Positions 59,401 through 64,000 of a DNA stretch of 64,000 nucleotides are shown here, piece by piece (the first letter of the stretch is position 1; each line of letters opens with the position of its first letter). The position numbers were made by a program, and so were the translations under genes. Location of the stretch: the NCBI RefSeq assembly GCF_902652985.1, contig NC_047020.1, forward strand, positions 25,110,001-25,174,000. The letters run 5' to 3'. The notes under the pieces were generated by a model. The model had not been told where the DNA came from, did not search any database, and saw only the letters and a program-made list of their open reading frames with translations. Origin of the DNA: Pecten maximus. Taxonomy: Eukaryota.

Positions 59401-62400
59401 CAAAGAATCTATTTTCTCCACTCCATATCCATGCATAGCCATCATTGAGATTTAATTGTGTAGATTGATCTATTTAATACCGTGTATATGCATACAAAAT
59501 TAGGTCAATATGTTTTTGTAAAAGTCAAAACATATATAGCAGCTGTGTACATTTACTTATTGGTTTTATAAAAAATTATCGTTTAATATGCATAACATTA
59601 CAATTTTGAAACACATTTTTAATCCATTACCAAAATAATAGTTCCATGCAGGGCTACCCTACATTTGTAACTTGGAATAGGAATGGTACCAAAGAATGAA
59701 GCTAAAGCCAATAAGAAACATACAGAGAAGTATTTTCCCACTGAACCCTGACTAACGCATGCAACAGGGCTGCCAGCCTCACAACTCATTCATCGACCCC
59801 AAAACTACCATGATTCTGGACAAACCTGCACCCTATTGATCTATATATGAGCATGAGGTTTTTACATGCAGCAGCTATATGCAGTGGACCAGAAGCAGAT
59901 TTTCTTGCCAACCAGTTTGAGATAACACACCAAATATACAGGTACCGATAGATTCAGCCAGGATGATTTTTGTGATGTCCACCAAACACTTTGATTTAAG
60001 GTTAAACATATACATTACTTCATACTTTTTCTGTCTTTGATTTTAAAGGAAGGCAAGAAACACAATCTATCTCTAGGAATGTGCCTGAGATATCATACAG
60101 ACATGTAACATATCTTCTTTCTCAGAGAAAACTTTAGTTAGTACTCTATCTGAAAAATCTGAATCTCTCTAAAATTACATGTGAAATTCAAAGATTAACC
60201 TGTTAAAACATGATCAACAATAGATTAATTGTGTCTCCCCTGGTTAGGAAGATTTTGATCAATGATAAAGTTCCGATCAATATATCCATCAGTATCATTT
60301 AATAAGCACCTAGCTAGAAGGGGGCAATATATTATTTTTCACTCAAAGCAAGAGGTGGACTAATAATTTGGTAGCATTTTTACTGACTATACATGTACAG
60401 CTGAAATCGTCCTGACTGGTTTATTGTAAGACATGGGTTTTTTTTTACCGGGAAATCAGGCAAATTGACTCCAGGAAAAGAAACTATTGTAACAAGCTTA
60501 CATGAGCCTTCAGCTAAGGGGAGCTTAAAGATCTAGCACATCATGTTTTGGAGTTATGACATGTATGACAGTTATTAAAAACTGATGAGAGATCTTCAGT
60601 TTTATTTTGTTTTTGATCCCTATACTATGTCGTAATGACTTTACCTACACAGGGTATCCCAGAGAGAGATTAGATTTAACCTAGCACCAGCTTTCTTTGT
60701 CTAGCAGTGTAAAGTGAGCACTCAAAACTCTGCCACACAGACACCACAAGAGTGAAGAGACGTGTATCATATGTTTGTGTCTTATATGCAAATCTCAACA
60801 TCAAACAGAATTGCGTGCAGCAGTAAAAAATCGTGACATTTGTACTTTCGTAATAGCTGTAGTGGTGCATTTCTGAAAGATAATAAAATAGTCTCACACA
60901 AATACACTTATATACAGGTTGTGTTCATAAATTTATTGTCTTCATTAATTATCTTTAATTCATAAAGCACTAAAAGAAAGTAGATGTGCTATCTAATAAA
61001 TTATTTGCAAGATCTGACATCTAGAAATTAATATTAGTATAGCAAGTATCTTATCTAATAACCAGGGATTCTGATTTCCTGTCCAATCCAATATATGATT
61101 TCATAACCCCATTTCTTATGTTATAAACTAACAAATTAATCCTTTATGTTCTGACATCCTGTCAAATCTGATTGAAATTTGTGTCCTACGGTGTATGAAA
61201 GGCGCTACACTAGTGTCAGTTTCCCCAATGAAAATATGTAAATCTTCTGATTAGAATTAAATGATAAAAATGGTAAAATATGTTGAAGCAAACAACAGCA
61301 AGGCATTATTACTTTTGCCAGAGACAACACTAAATACATGTACATTACTATGATTACAACAGCTGAGCTAATATTTAATGCTTCAACAAATTACACAGCT
61401 CACATCTTCCTAAAAGCACCAGCTAAACTCCCCCCAAAAAAACATAAGCCTACCTTAATTTTGAGAATCCAAAGTCAGCAATTTTAGCTCGATCATTACT
61501 ACAGATGAGGACATTCATAGATTTGAGGTCGAGGTGAAGCACTGCTGGTTTTTGTTGATGAAGGTAGGCCATCCCGAGAGCAATGTCGTGAGAGATTCGG
61601 AAATACTCAGCATGGTCCAGGGGCTCTCTGTTAAACATTGATACTCATTTATATATACCTATACCTATGTTTTATAAATCCAAAATACAATATTGCAAAT
61701 AGAACATAATGCAGCCAGGAAATATATCTAAGAACAGGTCCAGGAAACTTACATGTATAAATGTGACTACAAAGTTTCAGTAAGATATACAATGCATTTA
61801 GAATAAATTCAATGGAATAGTAGGTGATGGACTACATGTAGATTGGGCTTGTCCATGATCACATGGCATTCCAAACAAGAAATATCTTTAAAAAAGATAA
61901 AAGGCATAGTTTTAATGCTGGTGGTTATAATTTAAACTGCTGGTGAAATAAATGAACGAACTAATGTGTTTCAGCACAGATAACAAAATTATATCAGTTT
62001 GAATCATTTTTGGTGATAATAAGAATATATTTGAATCAGGAATATGATTTTATTAATGGGTAATTTGAAAAGATACATGCACTTATTCAGCTTGCATTCA
62101 ATCTTAACTTTATTTCGTTTTTAACTGCATATCTGCATTTTGCATTGACCGCTACATTGACCAATTACATACTTCATCTTAACCAGTAAAGCCACCTGTT
62201 GCAGCATATCTGGGCCAAAAGAATATTATACGGCTATGCCGAAAAAAAACCAGAAGCTCATTGTCTACTCCAACAATGTGAATGGTAATATGGTCAGAAA
62301 CTATGACAGGGGCCTGGTAACATCCTCATATTACAGGGTCAGAAACTATGACAGGGGCCTGGTAACATCCTCATATTACAGGGTCAGAAACTATGACAGG

Positions 62401-63762
62401 GGTCTGGTAACATCCTCATATTACAGGGTCAGAAACTATGACAGGGGCCTGGTAACATCCTCATATTACAGGGTCAGAAACTTACTACAGGGGCCTGGTA
62501 ACATATTCATATTAAATGGTCAGAAACTTACTACAGGCCGGGGCCTGGTAACATCCTCATATTACATGGTCAGAAACTTACTACAGGGGCCTGGTAACAT
62601 ATTCATATTACATGGTCAGAAACTTACTACAGGGGCCTGGTAACATATTCATATTACATGGTCAGAAACTATGACAGGGGCCTGGTAACATCCTCATATT
62701 ACATGGTCAGAAACTATGACAGGGGCCTGATAACATCCTCATATTACATGGTCAGAAACTATGACAGGGGCCTGATAACATCCTAACACGGTCAGAAACT
62801 TACTACAGGGGCCTGGTAACATCCTCATATTACATGGTCAGAAACTTACTACAGGGGTCTGGTAACATCCTCATATTACATGGTCAGAAACTTACTACAG
62901 GGGCCTGGTAACATCCTCATATTACATGGTCAGAAACTTACTACAGGGGCCTGGTAACATCCTCATATTACACGGTCAGAAACTATGACAGGGGCCTGAT
63001 AACATCCTCATATTACATGGTCAGAAACTATGACAGGGGCCTGGTAACATCCTCATATTACACGGTCAGAAACTTATAACAGGGGCCTGATAACATCCTC
63101 ATATTACACGGTCAGAAACTATGACAGGGGCCTGGTAACATCCTCATATTACACGGTCAGAAACTTATAACAGAGGCCTGGTAACATCCTCATATTACAT
63201 GGTCAGAAACTATGACAGGGGTCTGGTAACATCCTCATATTACATGGTCAGAAACTATGACAGGGGCCTGGTAACATCCTCATATTACATGGTCAGAAAC
63301 TTATGACAGGGGCCTGGTAACATCCTCATATTACAGAGTCAGAAACTTACTACAGGGGCCTGGTAACATCCTCATATTACATGGTCAGAAACTTACTGCA
63401 GGGGCCTGGTAACATCCTCATATTACATGGTCAGAAACTTATGACAGGGGCCTTGTAATATCATCATATTACACGGTCAGAAAGCTTATGACAGGTGGCT
63501 AGTAACAGTAAGCACAATAATGTCAGATAATAAATTGACCGACCATGTCTAGCAGCCTCCTATGTTATAGGAGTACACATTACCCAGCTATATTCTAAAT
63601 CACCCTGTAGAAATATGGCCCTTACCTGGCAGTGCTATGGAGATGGTGATAGAGACTCCCTCTGGCCATATACTCTAAAACCATCAGAGGAAGTCTGCTT
63701 GAACTACACACACCCATCAGTAATACCACTCGGGGATGACGCAGGTCTCGCAGCAAACTCAC
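53399..63762 (-). CDS. TKL-group (MAP3K/Raf-like) protein kinase, 5'-partial, with long low-complexity WASP-like tail; exons 63762-63626, 61627-61454, 58153-57964, 57128-57009, 56463-54252 (1-bp frameshift at 55135-55142), 53488-53399
   Basis: Subdomains IV-XI splice in frame: LRHPRVVLLMG, LEYMARGSL, HLDLKSMNVL, KIADFGFS, GSPAWMAPE, DVYSFGIILWEM and CW....KRPPF. All introns are GT-AG. The N-lobe lies beyond the window. Confidence 0.9.
53827..54112 (-). mobile_element. Short complete HINE in last kinase intron
   Basis: Minus strand starts TTATTAGTCCCCTACC...GGGGACTA hairpin, then (CCGT/CTGT)n. It ends GGTAGGGGAC, hairpin GTATTGCT-T-TAGCAATAC, then CTTGTTT. Confidence 0.8.
57190..57800. repeat. 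28-bp minisatellite CACACACCATGATTCCCATACTAAAATT in kinase intron
   Basis: About 20 visible copies. Confidence 0.95.
62292..63505. repeat. 45-46 bp minisatellite GGTCAGAAACT(T)ATGACAGGGGCCTGGTAACATCCTCATATTACA in kinase intron
   Basis: About 26 copies with two variants (CTATGAC / CTTACTAC). Confidence 0.97.
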
Positions 63763-63899
63763 CTAGGCAACCAAAGTAAACAAGTTATCATATACACTAA
63801 TTGTGTGTCATTCTATAAAGGGATTTAGACAAAACATGAACTCAAGGAAACGGTCTCTGTCCTCTTTGTGACAAATTACTTGACTGGTATTTAAATATC

Positions 63900-64000
63900 A
63901 GTCACAATCAGTGGTGAACCATCTTGTCACTTGTATCTGAAGTATATGTCACAGTGGGGAACCATCTTGTCACTTGTATCTGAGGTATGTCACAGTGGGG
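63900..64000. repeat. Start of ~43-bp tandem repeat
   Basis: GAACCATCTTGTCACTTGTATCTGA occurs twice and the repeat runs off the window edge. Confidence 0.75.

Noticed and set aside
62236-62643. 135-aa repetitive ORF
   Set aside because: A 45-bp minisatellite antisense within a kinase intron.

Overview
AT-rich, intron-rich eukaryotic DNA. The repeat families (Helentron-type HINEs, tRNA-derived SINEs, CR1-like LINEs, a Penelope-like insertion) suggest an invertebrate, probably a bivalve mollusc (inference). Four protein-coding loci are supported. (1) An uncharacterised Ser-rich gene (+, 6432-8201, one 1-bp frameshift). (2) AASDHPPT (-, 5 coding exons, 30445-35906). (3) GTPBP8, an EngB/YihA-family GTPase (+, 6 coding exons, 39768-44777), head-to-head with AASDHPPT. 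(4) The 3' part of a TKL-group kinase gene (-, 53399 to >63762, one 1-bp frameshift). The rest is nested degraded LINEs, SINEs, MITEs, HINEs, several minisatellites and a 175-N gap. Three observations stand out. First, six tiny (14-36 bp) CAGAGAC...GTCTCTG palindromes, each flanked by an exact 7-bp direct repeat, are packed into the AASDHPPT/GTPBP8 bidirectional promoter and look like repeated P-superfamily transposon excision footprints. Second, the kinase tail carries a WASP-like module (GBD-like helix, WH2-like repeats, poly-Pro, C/A-like end). Third, a 299-bp Penelope-like insertion has a 13-bp TSD, an inverted arm and an intact minimal hammerhead ribozyme. All assignments are by eye, with no database searches.
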